A DNA stretch of 64,000 nucleotides from Eledone cirrhosa (taxonomy: Eukaryota). Shown in pieces: positions 61,946 to 64,000 of this stretch (positions are counted from its first letter, which is position 1; the number at the start of each line of letters is the position of its first letter). The position numbers and the translations under genes are program-made. The stretch is from assembly GCA_964016885.1 (NCBI GenBank), contig OZ024757.1, positions 10,230,001 through 10,294,000 on the forward strand, given 5' to 3'. Below the pieces are notes generated by a model that had not been told where the DNA came from, ran no database searches, and saw only the letters and a list, made by a program, of their open reading frames with translations.

Positions 61946-64000
61946 GGGTTGATTTAAGTTGGGGTTGAATTAAGTTGGGGTCGAGTTAAGTTGGGGTTGA
62001 GTTAAGTTGGGGTTAAGTTAAGTTGGGGTTAAGTTAAGTTGGAGTTAAGTTAAGTTGGGGTTAAGTTAAGTTGGGGTTAAGTTAAGTCGGAGTAAAGTTA
62101 AGTTGGGGTTAAGTTAAGTTGGGGGTAAGTTAAGTTGTGGTTAAGTTAAGTTGGGGTTAAGTTGGGGTTAAGTTAAGTTGGGGTTGAGTTAAGTTGGGGT
62201 TGAATTAAGTTGGGATTGAGTTAAGTTGGAGTTAAGTTAAGTTGGGGTTAAGTTAAGTTGGGGTTAAGTTAAGTTGGCGTTAAATTAAGTTGGGGTTAAG
62301 TTAAGTTGGGGTTACGTTAAGTTGGGGTTAAGTTAAGTTGGGGTTAAGTCAAGTTGGGGTTAAATCAAGTTGGGGTTAACTTAAGTTTGGATTAACTTAA
62401 GTTGGGTTAACTTAAGTTGGGATTAAGTTGGGGTTAACTTAAGTTGGGGTTAAGTTAAGTTGGGGTTGAGTTAAGTTGGGGTTGAGTTAAGTTGGGGTTG
62501 AGTTAAGTTGGGGTTAAGTTAAGTTGGGGTTAAGTTAAGTTGGGGTTAAGTTAAGTTGGGATTAGATTAAGTAGGAGTTAAGTTAAGTTGGGGTTAAGTT
62601 AAGTTGTGGTTAAGTTAAGTTGGGGTTAAGTTAAGTTGGGGTTAAGTTAAGTTGGGGTTAACTTAAGTTGGAGTTAAGTTAAGTTGGGGTTAAGTTAAGT
62701 TGAGGCTAAGTTAAGTTGGGGCTGAGTTAACTTGGGGTTAAGTTAAGTTGGGGTTAAGTTAAGTTGGGGTTAAGGTAAGTTGGGGTTAAGTTAAGTTGGG
62801 GTTAAGTTAAGTTGGGGTTAACTTAAGTTGGGGTTAACTTAAGTTGGGGTTAAGTTGGGGTTAACTTAAGTTGGGGTTAATTTAAGTTGGGGTTGAGTTA
62901 ATTTGGGGTTGATTTCAGTTTGGGTTGAGTTAAGTTGGGGTCGAGTTAAGTTGGGGTTGTGTTAAGTTGGGGTTAAGTTAAGTTGGGGTTAAGTTAAGTT
63001 GGGGTTGAGTTAAGTTGGGATCGAGGTAAGTTGGGGTTGAGTTAAGTTGGGGTTAAGTTAAGTTCGGGTTAACTTAAGTTGGGGTTAACTTAAGTTGGGG
63101 TTAAGTTAAGTTGGGGTTAAGTTAAGTTGGGGTTAAGTTAAGTTGGGGTTAAGTTAAGTTGGGGTTAAGTTAAGTTGGGGTTAAGTTAAGTTGGGGTTGA
63201 GTTAAGTTAGGGTCGAGTTAAGTTGGGGTTGAGTTAATTTGGGGTTGAATTAAGTTGGGGTTAGGTTAAGTTGGGGTTAAGTTAAATTTGGTTTAAGTTA
63301 AGTTGGGGTTAAGTTAAGTTGGGGTTAAGTTAAGTTGGGATTAGATTAAGTTGGGGTTAAGTTAAGTTGGGGTTGAGTTAAGTTGGGGTTAAGTTAAGTT
63401 GGCGTTAAGTTAAGTTGGGGTTAAGTTAAGTTGGGGTTAAGTTAAGTTGGGGTTAAGTTAAGTTGGGGTTAAGTTAAGTTGGGGTTAAGTTAAGTTGGAG
63501 TTAAGTTAAGTTGGGGTTAAGTCAAGTTGGGGTTGAGTTAATTTGGGGTTAAGTTAAGTTGGGGTTAAGTTAAGTTGGAGTTAAGTTAAGTTGGGGTTAA
63601 GTCAAGTTGGGGTTGAGTTAATTTGGGGTTGAATTAAGTTGGGGTTAGGTTAAGTTGGGGTTAAGTTAAGTTTGGTTTAAGTTAAGTTGGGGTTAAGTTA
63701 AGTTGGGGTTAAGTTAATTTGGGGTTAAGTTAAGTTGGGGTTGAGTTAAGTTGGGGTTGATTTAAGTTGGGGTTGAATTAAGTTGGGGTCGAGTTAAGTT
63801 GGGGTTGAGTTAAGTTGGGGTTAAGTTAAGTTGGGGTTAAGTTAAGTTGGAGTTAAGTTAAGTTGGGGTTAAGTTAAGTTGGGGTTAAGTTAAGTCGGAG
63901 TAAAGTTAAGTTGGGGTTAAGTTAAGTTGGGGGTAAGTTAAGTTGTGGTTAAGTTAAGTTGGGGTTAAGTTGGGGTTAAGTTAAGTTGGGGTTGAGTTAA
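61946..64000 (+). repeat. Sub-family A domain 3 (copy of ~1360-3410)
   Basis: A variants resume at TTGATTTAAG (61949). The rare AGTTCGGGTTAAC occurs at 63061 and 2471 (offset 60,590). Confidence 0.9.

Larger units (their letters stand above)
1..64000 (+). repeat. Tandem satellite array, 16-bp monomer TTAAGTTAAGTTGGGG (~4,000 copies), telomere-like G-rich strand on +; runs off both window ends
   Basis: Read directly: every line consists of the 16-mer or near variants (e.g. pure run at ~991-1098). Length variants include the 11-mer TTAAGTTGGGG. No unique sequence or orientation switch seen. Confidence 0.99.

Noticed and set aside
1-64000. Protein-coding ORFs on either strand
   Set aside because: TAA occurs twice per monomer on both strands (TTAA is palindromic), and the 16-bp period rotates the frame, so all six frames stop within a few monomers. 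ATG is almost absent.
1-64000. CRISPR array or other repeat-spacer system
   Set aside because: There are no unique spacers; the sequence between G-runs is near-constant, and no cas or leader sequence is present.
1-64000. Canonical telomerase-synthesised terminal telomere tract
   Set aside because: Point variants are duplicated in multi-kb blocks, which points to DNA-templated amplification, and no chromosome end is visible. A telomeric origin is retained only as a hypothesis.
1-64000. Transposon or retroelement insertions (e.g. at the thousands of TTAA sites) and inversions
   Set aside because: No non-satellite sequence, terminal repeats or CCCC-rich reversed segment was seen anywhere.
1-64000. 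Variants as sequencing noise, or the array as a low-complexity artefact
   Set aside because: The same rare variants recur in the same order at fixed multi-kb offsets, which random error would not produce. Copy number could still be mis-assembled.
1-64000. Assignment to a named satellite family or species
   Set aside because: I do not recognise this 16-mer as a named family with confidence; a database search is required.

Overview
The whole 64-kb window is one uninterrupted, non-coding tandem array of about 4,000 copies of a 16-bp G-rich monomer, consensus TTAAGTTAAGTTGGGG (TTAAG x2 + TTGGGG). Minor length variants include an 11-mer (TTAAGTTGGGG) and 15-, 17- and 20-bp units. All units face the same way, with the G-rich strand on +. 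I see no genes, RNA genes, transposons, CRISPR spacers or unique sequence. The array looks like a eukaryotic telomere-like satellite (centromeric, pericentromeric or subtelomeric); the organism cannot be determined from this window. Rare variant monomers act as landmarks and show a nested higher-order structure. Two sub-families alternate as domains: A 1-35.1 kb, B 35.1-42.5 kb, A 42.5-48.7 kb, B 48.7-61.9 kb, A 61.9-64 kb. The periods found are 27 bp, ~1.0-1.3 kb, ~1.8-1.9 kb, ~3.4 kb (5 tandem copies), ~3.5-3.8 kb, ~6.85 kb, ~13.4 kb (tandem segmental duplication) and a 60,590-bp recurrence. Coordinates were read by eye; domain boundaries are accurate to a few monomers.
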